Translations under genes and position numbers: made by a program
IMG/VR virus record: IMGVR_UViG_3300017763_003980
Origin: a virus
Lineage: Duplodnaviria; Caudoviricetes
Length of the DNA: 64,000 nucleotides
Reading direction: 5' to 3' (one strand)
Part shown: positions 27,444 to 38,600 of the stretch, piece after piece
How the letters are laid out: the number at the start of each line of letters is the position of its first letter
Numbering within the stretch: the stretch's first letter is position 1
Notes under the pieces: generated by a model
The model's database searches: none
Seen by the model: only the letters and a program-made list of their open reading frames with translations
What the model was told of the DNA's origin: nothing

Positions 27444-28373
27444 ATGAGTTTACTTAAAGGATTCAATCAGCTCACTAATAGTGTTAGGTCGGCAGCTAAT
27501 GATGTTTCAACTACAGTTAGAACCATTGGTGCCTTTACAGGCGGCTTAGGTAATAGCAAACTTAGTAAAGTAGCTAATATCGCAGATAGAGTAAGTGCAG
27601 GTGCAGGAGTAGTAAGCGCCGCATCCACTTTTTTAAATACTGGAGATGCTAGTAATTTAGGTTCAGCACTAAGGATGTTTGGTAATGCTACTCAAGGAGT
27701 TGGCCCTGGAGCAGGAGCAGTTGCCGGCGGCATAGTTAGGGCTATACTTTCTAATAACATTTCAAATACATCTACAGATGACTGGAGAGTAGGTATTAGT
27801 GTACCTAATGATTTACAAACGGGCTCTATCTTAGCTCCTTTATTTTTTGGTGGAGATTCAGTTGGAAGAATGATATTCCCCTTTAACCCAACAATACTAT
27901 TAGGACATAGTGCAAATTATTCTCAGATTGCTCCTACACATTCTAATTATCCTTACAATGCTTATGAAAATAGCCAAGTAGATAATATTACAATTACTGG
28001 TGAATTTTTTGTTGAAAATCAAGACGATGCAAAATACTGGGTAGCAGTTTTACATTTTTTAAGAGCAGTAACAAAAATGTATTATGGAGATAGTAATCCT
28101 CAAGGTAATCCTCCACCTATATGTAGATTATCAGGATACGGTCCACATGTATTAAATAATATTCCTATAGTAGTACAAAATTTTACTACTGACTTGCCAG
28201 CAGATGTTGATTATATGGAATGCTTTGTAGATGGACATAAAAATATGGTACCTACGCAGAGTCAGTTTACAGTTACAGTAATGCCAACATACTCAAGAAG
28301 GTCTACAGCAAGATTTAATTTACAACAATTTACTAAAGGTGATTTTGTTAACGGTCTAGAGGGATTTGTATAA
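27444..28373 (+). CDS. Tail-tube-fold baseplate/tube initiator protein (gp48/gp54-like)
   Basis: MIFPFNP, YNAYENSQVDNITITGEF, GNPPPICRLSGYG...IPIVVQNF pattern; first gene of the baseplate operon. Confidence 0.55.
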   Translation: MSLLKGFNQLTNSVRSAANDVSTTVRTIGAFTGGLGNSKLSKVANIADRVSAGAGVVSAASTFLNTGDASNLGSALRMFGNATQGVGPGAGAVAGGIVRAILSNNISNTSTDDWRVGISVPNDLQTGSILAPLFFGGDSVGRMIFPFNPTILLGHSANYSQIAPTHSNYPYNAYENSQVDNITITGEFFVENQDDAKYWVAVLHFLRAVTKMYYGDSNPQGNPPPICRLSGYGPHVLNNIPIVVQNFTTDLPADVDYMECFVDGHKNMVPTQSQFTVTVMPTYSRRSTARFNLQQFTKGDFVNGLEGFV

Positions 28374-28672
28374 TGTCAAAGCAACTTAGTCCATATGGTA
28401 AGACTCCAATTAACAGTGCAGGATATCTTGACATACTCAAACCAAGATCTATTCCTGTAGCCGGAGATGATATTTTATACGAAATACTTCCTGCTTATAC
28501 ATTTCGTCCTGATTTACTTGCACATGATTTATACGGCCGTAAAGAACTATGGTGGGTATTTGCACAGAGAAACTTAGATGTTTTGAAAGATCCTGTTTTT
28601 GATTTTGTAGCAGGAACAAAAATTTATTTGCCACAAGGGACTTATCTGCGTGAAACTTTAGGTATAACTTAA
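28373..28672 (+). CDS. gp53: Baseplate wedge LysM-like protein (gp53-like)
   Basis: RPDLLAHDLYG..ELWWVFAQRN...DP motif. Confidence 0.75.
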   Translation: MSKQLSPYGKTPINSAGYLDILKPRSIPVAGDDILYEILPAYTFRPDLLAHDLYGRKELWWVFAQRNLDVLKDPVFDFVAGTKIYLPQGTYLRETLGIT

Positions 28673-31600
28673 TGGCTTCATTTTTTAAAAAAATATCAAA
28701 TGCCGCTAGTGCAGTAAGTGCAGTGAAGACTGTTACTAGTGCATTTAATTCTGCGTCTAGTGGATCACAAGCTAGTTCAGCATTTAGCTCTGCACTTACG
28801 CAAGCTAGTACAAACTCTGCAATTAATTCTATAAGTGGCTTTGGCGGAAGTTTAGCTAATAAAGCACTTGGCGGCACCGGTCTTAGTAGTGCATTAGGTT
28901 TAGTGTCTGATATTTCATCTGCGGCTGGGTTATCAGGATTAGCTAATGCTTCGGATGCATTAAGTAATGTACTATCAGGAAACATAGGACCTCAATTAGG
29001 AATTTTCGACAATCCTATTAGAGTATTAGAAAGGACTGCTGGAGAAATATTTGATGCTTCAGGTGGAAGATTTGAAGAATTACGCACACTAGTATCTAAT
29101 TTATCAGAGCTAAATGCATTTGATTCGTTTATAAAAAATCTTGGAATAGATATAAGAGATCCTTTAACTAAGATAGGGGCTAGTTCTAGTAACATACCAA
29201 ACCCTCTTAGAGAATTTGCATCATATAATTATAAAATTACATTAGGTATTTTAAGTAACCAAGAATACAACAATCCGGAAACATATAGAAGTGTAGGATT
29301 TTCAAATTATATTATAAAATCTACAGGAGGCAATTTAGGAAAACGTGTACAAACAGAAGCTGAAATATCAAGTAATAGTTTATCTCCACACGCAGAATAT
29401 TTTATTGACGAATTAACTTATGATGGTGTAGTAGCACCTAATCCCAAAACAGGAGCAACACTAGGAACAACTTTTAGTTTTGTTGTTACTGAACCTTATT
29501 CTATGGGAAACTTTATACAATCGTTAGTTGTTGGTGCAAAGGAAGCAAATAACGGTAAAGGATACGACAACTATTTTACAGCACCATTTTGCTTAAAAAT
29601 TGAATTTTCTGGGTTTGCTGAAAGTTTCGGCGGTTCTATGTCAGGCGATATAGCACCTATATTTTTGCCAATGATGATTACTAATGTAGACATGACGGTA
29701 TCTGGACAAGGAACACGATACGAATGTAGCGGAGTAGCATATAATGAGTTAGGATTAGCTGATCATATGAACAAACTGTATACTCAAGTACACTCAGCAG
29801 GAACACTAGCACATACCGTTTTACAAAATGGCGATAAATCACTAGCAGCTGGACTAAACAAGCGTATTGAAAAAATGGAAGATGCTGAGATTATTCCAGG
29901 ATATGATAGGTTTATTATATGTTTTCCTAAATCCAAAGATTCTATAAAAAACTTTTTACAGTCTGGTCTGCAACAAACAGAAGAACCAGATGCAGCACAA
30001 ACATTTGTAGAACAAAGAGGTACACAAGAGACAGCTGACGAAATAGCACAAACTGAAAATTTTAATCTTCAGAATCTTACATCAAAACTAATTCAAATAA
30101 AACCTGTTACTTCTTTGTTTGAAACATTACAGGCTTTTGCAGAAGATGTATCTAGCATGAATGAAATTGGATTATCGGCACTGCTTGAGGATTCATCACA
30201 AGGCGGCAATCAAGATGCTCCGTCAATGAATGGTTCTTATCAAGCAGATGAATTAGATGCTGGCGCTGATGCACAAAGACAAGAAGCTAAGGATGACCCT
30301 TGTGGAGGTGAAGAAGTAACACCTGGATTAGTTGATAAAAATGCAGCGGCTCTAACTCCAGGAGAATTTTCGAGAAGTTATGAATTTAATAAAGGCGAAG
30401 CTATCACTACTTGTATAGAAAAAGTATTGTTGACCACTGAATATTGTAAAGAAAATGCAAGTAAAGAAGAAGATGAAAATGGATTGCGTACATGGTTTAT
30501 GATTGATTCGCAGGTATATTTAGAAGAAAATAAAGACACTGAAAATGACATGGGACGTCCTCCAGTAGTAGTTGTATATTCTATTATGCCATACAAAACT
30601 AGCGGAGCAAAGGCTACAACAAACAGTCAGACGCCAAAAAATATTAAGGGATTGATGAGCTCTGCTGCTAAAGAATACAATTATCTGTATACAGGTAAAA
30701 ATGAAGATGTTTTAAATTTTGATATAAATCTAAATACTGCTTTTATGAGAACAGTGTCGGCAAATTATGGTAACAATGCAGGCGGCAAAGCTACAGCAAC
30801 AGGAAATCAGCTTGTAACATCTTCACAAGAACAAGGCGGAAAAGCAGTAGATAACCCAAACCAACCTGCTAAGGAAAATGTTGAAGCTACAGCAGGTACT
30901 AAAGAAGTAGGAAATCCTAGTGTATCTATGGGCACTAGAGATAAAGATATTCGTAGACAAGTTGCAGAAAATTTTCACGATATTTTACTTAACACTCCAA
31001 CAGACTTAGTTACAGCTGAGCTGTCAATTTGGGGAGATCCTTTTTTCTTACCGCAAGAGATAGGAAATTTCCACCCTGCAAGATCGGGGTCATCACCTAG
31101 TACTACTGAAGTAGGTACAATGACTTATACTGAAGGAGAAGTTTTTGTTGTAGTTAATTTTAGATCACCATTTGACTACGAAGACGGTGGTTCTCTTGTT
31201 GAGATGCCTGCACTAGTGCCTCAGTTTAGCGGGTTATATGGTGTTGTTACGGTTTCAAACTTATTCAATAAAGGCCAATTTACACAAGATCTTAGATTAG
31301 TGCGTATTCCAGGACAAGATAGAACATTGGCAACAGAAAACGTAACAGGAGGATTAAAAGTAGGAGATCTTCCGCTGGGCTATTCAACAGCAAATGTTCC
31401 AAATGCTAGTATGGTTAATGACACCTTGCAAGATATAGGCAATGCCTTTTCTAGCGTCAATAGCGTTATAAATCAAGCAAGTAACTTATTAGCTCAAGCA
31501 TCAAACGCAGGTATGAATGTAGGTAAACTATCTTCAATTGCTAATCAAGCTTCAGGACTAGTAAACTCAGCACAAAGTTCATTCGAAAGTGCATCTACTG

Positions 31601-31974
31601 CATTTAATTCTATAGCATCAGCTGGCGCAAGTGCATCTAATGCACTTAGTGGGTTGACAGGCGCCCTTGGCTCAGGATCTTTTGGATTAGATCAAGCAGC
31701 CGCAGTTACAAATGCACTAGTATCAGCAGTACCAGCATTTGGCCAAGTAAGTGTTGACTTAACTTCTGCTGAAGGTAAAGTTGCAATCGCTGGCGCAGAT
31801 TTAGCAGCCCAACTAGAACAATCTTTTGAACAATTTATACCTCCTAATATTGAAGACAAGACAGAACAATTAGCGTCCGCACTTCAATCTTCAGTACAAA
31901 ATTCAGATATTACTGCCGCTGTAGCTACTACAGTAGATATTTTAACAGAAGCTAAAAAAGGAGTTAGCATATAA
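28672..31974 (+). CDS. Baseplate hub protein (gp27-like) with low-complexity termini
   Basis: NPLREFASYNY...LGI, IWGDPFF and FSGLYGVVTVSNLFNKGQFTQDL; sits between gp53 and gp5. Confidence 0.55.
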   Translation: MASFFKKISNAASAVSAVKTVTSAFNSASSGSQASSAFSSALTQASTNSAINSISGFGGSLANKALGGTGLSSALGLVSDISSAAGLSGLANASDALSNVLSGNIGPQLGIFDNPIRVLERTAGEIFDASGGRFEELRTLVSNLSELNAFDSFIKNLGIDIRDPLTKIGASSSNIPNPLREFASYNYKITLGILSNQEYNNPETYRSVGFSNYIIKSTGGNLGKRVQTEAEISSNSLSPHAEYFIDELTYDGVVAPNPKTGATLGTTFSFVVTEPYSMGNFIQSLVVGAKEANNGKGYDNYFTAPFCLKIEFSGFAESFGGSMSGDIAPIFLPMMITNVDMTVSGQGTRYECSGVAYNELGLADHMNKLYTQVHSAGTLAHTVLQNGDKSLAAGLNKRIEKMEDAEIIPGYDRFIICFPKSKDSIKNFLQSGLQQTEEPDAAQTFVEQRGTQETADEIAQTENFNLQNLTSKLIQIKPVTSLFETLQAFAEDVSSMNEIGLSALLEDSSQGGNQDAPSMNGSYQADELDAGADAQRQEAKDDPCGGEEVTPGLVDKNAAALTPGEFSRSYEFNKGEAITTCIEKVLLTTEYCKENASKEEDENGLRTWFMIDSQVYLEENKDTENDMGRPPVVVVYSIMPYKTSGAKATTNSQTPKNIKGLMSSAAKEYNYLYTGKNEDVLNFDINLNTAFMRTVSANYGNNAGGKATATGNQLVTSSQEQGGKAVDNPNQPAKENVEATAGTKEVGNPSVSMGTRDKDIRRQVAENFHDILLNTPTDLVTAELSIWGDPFFLPQEIGNFHPARSGSSPSTTEVGTMTYTEGEVFVVVNFRSPFDYEDGGSLVEMPALVPQFSGLYGVVTVSNLFNKGQFTQDLRLVRIPGQDRTLATENVTGGLKVGDLPLGYSTANVPNASMVNDTLQDIGNAFSSVNSVINQASNLLAQASNAGMNVGKLSSIANQASGLVNSAQSSFESASTAFNSIASAGASASNALSGLTGALGSGSFGLDQAAAVTNALVSAVPAFGQVSVDLTSAEGKVAIAGADLAAQLEQSFEQFIPPNIEDKTEQLASALQSSVQNSDITAAVATTVDILTEAKKGVSI

Positions 31975-32687
31975 TGGGACCTTTTTCTTATCATATAGAT
32001 GATCCAGATACTTTAGACGATTATGATGTACAGGAATCACCTTCAGTTGGTACTGATACAAATACTAATCCTGATAGATTTGTGACTCCGGGAACTAACA
32101 AGTACCAAACAATTATTCCTTCAGGAATGGTATATAAAGATCAAGTTTTTGCTGTAGAAACTACAGATGACGTTATACCGCCATCAGCAGTAGAACAATA
32201 CAGATCATATTTAACAACAGCAAATAAAGTAAGACCGCCTACTAATTTAAGTCCTACAGATTTTAATATTAATCAACAATATGTAGATGAAGCAAAATCT
32301 AAAAGAGACGGAGCACTTTCCGCAATTTCAGGCACTCCATTTACAGAAGAAGATTTGATAGTTGCGGCTAAAAAGAAACCTTTAAGTAATGAACTTTTTG
32401 CAAGATCACAAGGCACAACAGCACCTACAGTAGTAAGTCAAGATTTTGTTCCATTATCTAATGTTGCTGGAGTTTACAAATATTTCCCTCCAGCATTATA
32501 TGATGATAGATATGATTTTGAAACAGGTAAAAAAATAAGAGTAGGTTTAGCAGGCGGCATTGGAGGCGGCAAAGGCGAACATACGTTAAAAGGAAATACA
32601 ACAACTACAGTTGAAGGGTCAGAGTCAACAAGTAACACGTCTAGCGTATCACCAGTAGTAGGTGATGAAAAAGACCCGTGTGACTAA
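31974..32687 (+). CDS. Hypothetical baseplate-associated protein (237 aa)
   Basis: Coupled by TAATG overlap. Confidence 0.55.
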   Translation: MGPFSYHIDDPDTLDDYDVQESPSVGTDTNTNPDRFVTPGTNKYQTIIPSGMVYKDQVFAVETTDDVIPPSAVEQYRSYLTTANKVRPPTNLSPTDFNINQQYVDEAKSKRDGALSAISGTPFTEEDLIVAAKKKPLSNELFARSQGTTAPTVVSQDFVPLSNVAGVYKYFPPALYDDRYDFETGKKIRVGLAGGIGGGKGEHTLKGNTTTTVEGSESTSNTSSVSPVVGDEKDPCD

Positions 32688-32710
32688 TTATTATTGACTA
32701 AAGGAAAAAA

Positions 32711-35182
32711 ATGAGTAGTACTTCGGGAAATTATAAACGTTCTAAAGTAACAGCTAATAAAGTATATGACGTAGGTCCATACGAAGCTATAGTTGTTAAT
32801 CATTTAGATCGAAGATTTATGGGAGGATTAGAAGTTGAGCTTGTAAAATATACAGGTTCTGGTAATACTCCTGAATCTGCTGGACAATTAGTACAAGTTA
32901 GATATCTTAGCCCGTTTTACGGTGTAACACCAGGAGCAGGATTAACAGCAAACGATGGCTATCAACATACCCAAAAAAGTTATGGTATGTGGATGGTTCC
33001 GCCTGATATAGGAACTAGAGTATTAGTTATATTTGTTGAAGGCAACTTAAACTTAGGTTATTGGATAGGTTGTGTTCCAGACGATTATATGAACTTTATG
33101 GTTCCGGACGGTAGAGCAAGTACTGAAATTACTACAGCTTTAACACCGGATGGCATAAAAGGATCAAAATTACCAGTAGGAGAATATAATAAAGCTTTTG
33201 AAGATGGAAGTAAAATAGATCCTACACTATTTTCTAAACCTTACAATAAAGATTTTACTGAAGTATTAGAAACACAAGGACTATTATTTGATGAGGTAAG
33301 AGGCACAACTACTTCGAGTGCTAGAAGAGAAACTCCTAGTATGGTTTTCGGGTTTAATACACCAGGGCCACTTGATAAAAGAGATGGATCTCCTAAAGTT
33401 TCAGTAGGACCTGCTGAAGATAAAGTTGATATTCCCTATAATAGACTAGGCGGTTCAAGTTTAGTTATGGATGACGGCGATGGAAGTTTTATTAGAAAAA
33501 CACATCCTGAAGATGGTCCTCCATTATATGTTAATAAGATTGATAGAGAATCAGGCGGAAAACAGTCAATTCCACAAAATGAACTTTTAAGGTTAAGAAC
33601 ACGAACTGGCCATCAACTGTTAATGCACAATTCAGAAGATTTAATTTATATTGGTAATGCAAGAGGCACTACTTGGATAGAAATGTCTAGTGATGGAAAA
33701 ATTGATATTCATGCACAAGATAGTGTAAGTATCATGACAGACGCAGATTTTAACATTACAGCTGAACGAGATATAAACATGGAAGCTGGAAGAAATGTTA
33801 ACATAAAAGCCTCTGCTCGATATAGCAAAGGAACGCCAATTGACGCTAAAGGATTAGACAGCGGGAGAATACAGTTTGAAGCACAACATGATTATAATCT
33901 AGTTGTTGGAAGAGACAGCAAAGTTACTGTTAATAATAATTCTCATAACGGTGTTGTTGGCAATCAATATATTTCTACAGGAAAATTTTTAAATGTAAAC
34001 ACCGGACAGGATACAAAATTAACTGCTGGCGGATCTACTAATATACTTTCTGGAAAAGAGCATAGAGAAACAGCTAAATTTATACATATGAACGGTCCTA
34101 GAGCTAGCAGTGCTGAAAAGGCAACAGATGCAATAGAGTTAGAAACTATTCTTTTACCATTTGTATTTCCAGGTTCAACAAAACCAGTGGTATATGATAG
34201 TATTGTGCCTAGAGCACCTCAACATGAACCGTGGCCACATCATGAAAATTTAGATCCGCAAGCATATAAGAAAGCACAAACTGATAGAGAAAATCCAGGA
34301 GCTCTTGCAACTGCTGATCGAATACTTACTCCTGATACCTTTTTGAAAGGAAAAGGAGGCAGAAGAAGAAGTGGAGTAGTTGCTAATTCAGGAGGCAACA
34401 TTGATACAGGACACGAAAACCATGGAGGAGGCTCGGCTACAGGAACAGGACAAACTCCGGTAGATGAGTATGGACCAACTTTTGGCTTTACTGGTGAACT
34501 AGGAAAACTAAGCGAAAGATATGAATCAAGGGGAGATCCTACAGCAATAGGATATGATACTACTGGAGGTTGGAGTTATGGAACTTATCAACTCGCAACA
34601 AAGACTGGCGGATTCAAAGGATTCATGGATTACACAAAACGTAAAGCACCTGAAACTCATCAGCAACTTGTTGATGCAGGCGGACATTCTTTAGCTAAAT
34701 TAGGATCAGATTCATTTAAACAATCTTGGAAAACAATTATGTCAGGTGCAGGAGCTGAAGATCAGCATCAATATGCTGTAGTGCAATATTTTGTACCAGC
34801 TGCTGATAAAGTGACAAGGAGCACTGGAATAGACGTAAGAACTAGATCTAAAACATTGCAAGACGTATTGTGGTCAACAGCAATTCAGCATGGCGCAGGT
34901 GGATGTAATAGAGTATTTAAAAATGCGTTAAAAGCATGCGGCAATAATAATCCTGCAGATGATGCATTAATTGTTGCTGTTTATAATGAAAGAGCAAGAG
35001 ATAATGGAATGGCACACTTTGGTAAAAGTACTAATGAAGTAAGAAGAAGTGTTGTAAAAAGATTCAATAATGAAAAATTAGATGCATTGTCAAGTTTAAA
35101 ACAAGAATTAGGCGGAGGCGGTACGCCTACCCAATCAGGATCAGGTACTGTAGTACTTCCTGTAGAAGGAACTGTCGGGTAA
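32711..35182 (+). CDS. gp5: Baseplate central spike (gp5/VgrG-like) with C-terminal muramidase-like domain
   Basis: SYGMWMVPPDIGTRVLVIF, RTRTGHQ and beta-helix repeats; C-terminal SERYES...GGWSYGTYQ. Confidence 0.8.
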   Translation: MSSTSGNYKRSKVTANKVYDVGPYEAIVVNHLDRRFMGGLEVELVKYTGSGNTPESAGQLVQVRYLSPFYGVTPGAGLTANDGYQHTQKSYGMWMVPPDIGTRVLVIFVEGNLNLGYWIGCVPDDYMNFMVPDGRASTEITTALTPDGIKGSKLPVGEYNKAFEDGSKIDPTLFSKPYNKDFTEVLETQGLLFDEVRGTTTSSARRETPSMVFGFNTPGPLDKRDGSPKVSVGPAEDKVDIPYNRLGGSSLVMDDGDGSFIRKTHPEDGPPLYVNKIDRESGGKQSIPQNELLRLRTRTGHQLLMHNSEDLIYIGNARGTTWIEMSSDGKIDIHAQDSVSIMTDADFNITAERDINMEAGRNVNIKASARYSKGTPIDAKGLDSGRIQFEAQHDYNLVVGRDSKVTVNNNSHNGVVGNQYISTGKFLNVNTGQDTKLTAGGSTNILSGKEHRETAKFIHMNGPRASSAEKATDAIELETILLPFVFPGSTKPVVYDSIVPRAPQHEPWPHHENLDPQAYKKAQTDRENPGALATADRILTPDTFLKGKGGRRRSGVVANSGGNIDTGHENHGGGSATGTGQTPVDEYGPTFGFTGELGKLSERYESRGDPTAIGYDTTGGWSYGTYQLATKTGGFKGFMDYTKRKAPETHQQLVDAGGHSLAKLGSDSFKQSWKTIMSGAGAEDQHQYAVVQYFVPAADKVTRSTGIDVRTRSKTLQDVLWSTAIQHGAGGCNRVFKNALKACGNNNPADDALIVAVYNERARDNGMAHFGKSTNEVRRSVVKRFNNEKLDALSSLKQELGGGGTPTQSGSGTVVLPVEGTVG

Positions 35183-35189
35183 ATACAAT

Positions 35190-35627
35190 ATGAGTGAATT
35201 AGAAAAAAACTTAATTAAAAGAGTTACAGTAAGTGAACAGCAACAGTCTGCTAAAAGTAGTAGAACTTATAGAGGGTTTTCTACAGTAGGTGGAAAGAGT
35301 ACTGGATTCTCTAAGTATGACTTTGATATTATAAAGCAAGATCTAATTAATCATTTTCATATACGACAAGGAGAAAAACTTACTGATCCAAAGTTCGGTA
35401 CAATTATTTGGGATCTATTATATGAGCCTTTTACTATTGATTTACAAGAAGCAATTGTACAAAATGTAACTGACATAGTAAATTATGATAGTCGAATAAG
35501 TGTAGAAGAAATAGTAGTAGATACATATGAACAGGGAATAACTGTAGACTGCACACTTACTTTCCTTCCTTATAGTATTTCAGAAAATTTACGTTTTAAG
35601 TTTGATCAAAAAAATGGTCTTCTGTAG
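35190..35627 (+). CDS. gp25: Baseplate wedge/sheath initiator gp25
   Basis: IKQDLINHFHIRQGEK..DPKFGTIIWDLLYEP; YDSRI. Confidence 0.9.
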   Translation: MSELEKNLIKRVTVSEQQQSAKSSRTYRGFSTVGGKSTGFSKYDFDIIKQDLINHFHIRQGEKLTDPKFGTIIWDLLYEPFTIDLQEAIVQNVTDIVNYDSRISVEEIVVDTYEQGITVDCTLTFLPYSISENLRFKFDQKNGLL

Positions 35628-35631
35628 AGAA

Positions 35632-35663
35632 TTAACTACGCACTTATCTGTAACAGATAAATA
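35632..35663 (+). promoter_or_regulatory. Late promoter GATAAATA with upstream TTAACTACGCACTTATCTG element
   Basis: Shares motif with 14852-14865 and 20781-20791. Confidence 0.55.
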
Positions 35664-35686
35664 TCATAGTAATAGAGGAAAGCTAA

Positions 35687-38600
35687 ATGTCTGCAACTGA
35701 TAGACAGTCAAGATTGTTAGTATCTGAGGACTGGAAAAGAATTTACCAATCGTTTCGTAACGCTGATTTTGCAAGTTACGATTTTGATAATCTTCGCAGG
35801 ACGATGATTAACTATCTGCGACAAAACTATCCTGAAGATTTTAATGATTATATTGAGTCTTCAGAATATCTTGCACTTATAGATATGATTGCATTCCTCG
35901 GACAAAATTTAAGTTTTAGAATAGATTTAAATGCAAGAGAAAATTTCTTAGAAACAGCTGAACGTAGAGAAAGTGTATTGAGATTAGCTAGAATGCTGTC
36001 TTATAATCCTCGACGTAATCAAGCTGCAAACGGAATACTAAAGCTTAATACTATCAAAACTACAGAACCTATTATAGATAGTACAGGACAAAATTTAGCA
36101 AATGTCGTAATTAAATGGAATGATCAGGCTAACTCAAACTATTTTGAACAAATGGTTAAGATTTTAAACTCATCATTGCCTGTAACTAATCAAATAGGAA
36201 ATCCATTAAAGAGTGCATCAATTGCAAATGTAATTACTCAACAATATAGGATAAACGCAACTAATACAACTAGTGCAGTTTTTCCTTTTTCTAAAAAAGT
36301 AGAAGGTGTTACAACAAGATATGAAGTTGTAAGTGCTGGAATTTCCGGAGAAAATTTAGTAGAAGAACCTCCAATTCCTGGTACAAGCCCTGCTTTTTTG
36401 TTTAGAGATGACGGACAGGGCGCAGGAAGCTCAAACACTGGATTCTTTATGATGTTCAAACAGGGTAAATTATCAAGTTCCGACTTTTCAGTAAATAATC
36501 CTGTACCAAATCAATCTGTTGCAGTAGACGTAGCAAACATTAATGATTCAGATGTTTGGCTTTATAATATAGACAGCAACGGATTCGAAACAGATTTTTG
36601 GACAAAAGTTGATTCGGTTGAGGGCAACAATGTAATTTACAATAATTTATTTGAAGGTATAAAAAATGTCTATGCTGTAACCACTAGAATAGGAGATAGA
36701 ATAAATTTAGTTTTCTCAGATGGGTTATTTGGAAATTTACCTTCGGGTAATTTTAGAACTTACTATAGAACTAGTGCAAATTCTGCTAGTGTAATTAATC
36801 CAGGCGCTATTGGAAATGTTAACATTGATATAGAATATCAAAGTAGAAGTGGTAATATAGAAGTTTTATCATTAGGATTTAAACTTAACTATACAGTAAC
36901 AAATGGAACTGCGTCTGAAAGTAGCGAGGAAATTAAAGCAAATGCTCCTGCAACTTATTACACACAAAATAGACTAATTACTGGGGAAGATTATAATATA
37001 GGTCCGCTTGCAATAAGCCAAGAAATTATTAAAACAAAAAGTACAAATAGAATTAGTAGTGGTATTAGTAGGTATTTTGATCTTAAAGACGTTTCGGGCA
37101 AATATAGCAATACTAGTTTATTTGCAGATGACGGTGTATTATACAACGAAATTTTTCAACTAAAAAAAGAATTTACATTTACTACTCAAAGTGATATAGA
37201 AGGTGTAATTAATAATACTGTAGAAGGTATACTAAACTCGGCCTACATGAAAAACTTCTATCTTGATCAATTTCCTAAAACACTTGTATCTGATCTAAAT
37301 GCAAGTTGGTCACAATCAACAACATTTAAAACAGAGTCAACTGGAAGATTTTTAGATGCAACTCAAACTCCATATATGGTCGGTAGCTTCACTGCTAATA
37401 GTTTACGTTATATTGAACCAGGAACTATGTGTAGATTTATTGCACCTTCCGGATTTCATTTTAGACCAGACGGTACTTTAGGTTCAGGCGAAGCAAATTA
37501 TTTAGGTAGTAAAACTTATAAATGGGCTAAAGTAATAACAGTTGATGGAAATGGTACAGTAGTTGACAACACTACTACTAATGGTCCAATTAGATTTAAT
37601 GAAGTTATTCCAACAACTGCTGTGTTAAATCAAATTGTTCCTAATTTTTCAAGAGTTCTTACAGATGCTGTGAAAGTCCAATTAATTGATCAAGCATTTG
37701 CTTACAAAGATTTTGGTTTAAGATATGATTTAACTGACAGACAATGGAAAATTATTACTTCAGAAAATTTAAATGTTTCTCAAGAGTTTACTACAGGCAA
37801 AACAGGAGATAACACAGCACAGAATTTAGATTCAAGTTGGTTATTATATTTTAAAACTGATGGCGAAACATATACTATAACATATAGAAATTTAAGATAT
37901 ATTATTGAAAGTGCAGATGAAGTTAGATTCTATTTTGATGGTATAGATAAAGTTTATAATCCTGCTACAGGAGAAATTGTTAGAGATAAAATTGATATAC
38001 TTAATATTAATAATGCTCCGGGTAGTTCTTCGCCGTTCAATAACGATTTTACATGGACTGTTTCGGGTGCTTTTAGAGACTCAGATGGATATGTTGACTC
38101 TAGAAAAATAGAAGTTCAATTTATTGATCTAGACGATGATGGTATAGTAGATGATCCGGAAATTTTTGAGCAAATAGTAAATCAAAATAATAGTAGTATT
38201 CCTATATCTGAAAGATTAATTTTCCAAAAAAGTTATAAAACATCTGATGGAGTAGAAGATTTTAAATATTTTGCAAATACTAATAATGAAATTGTTATTG
38301 TTACAAACGAATCTGCAATAGCACCATATAGCTCTAGAACAGATGGGCAAGTATTTTATTTAGAAGACGAAAAAGTATTTAAAAGGCTTAATAAATTATT
38401 AAACAATACAGTTTTAACTTCAGACTATAGAGCATATGCTGGCAGAGGTGAATTAAAGTTTCATTATGTGCATGTTGCAGATAGTAGTTATAGAATAGAT
38501 CCTAGTGCTAGTAATATTATTGACACATATTTACTTACAAAAAGCTATGACAATGAAGTAAGAAGATTTATTGTTGACGAAATAGATGTAGAACCTAGGC

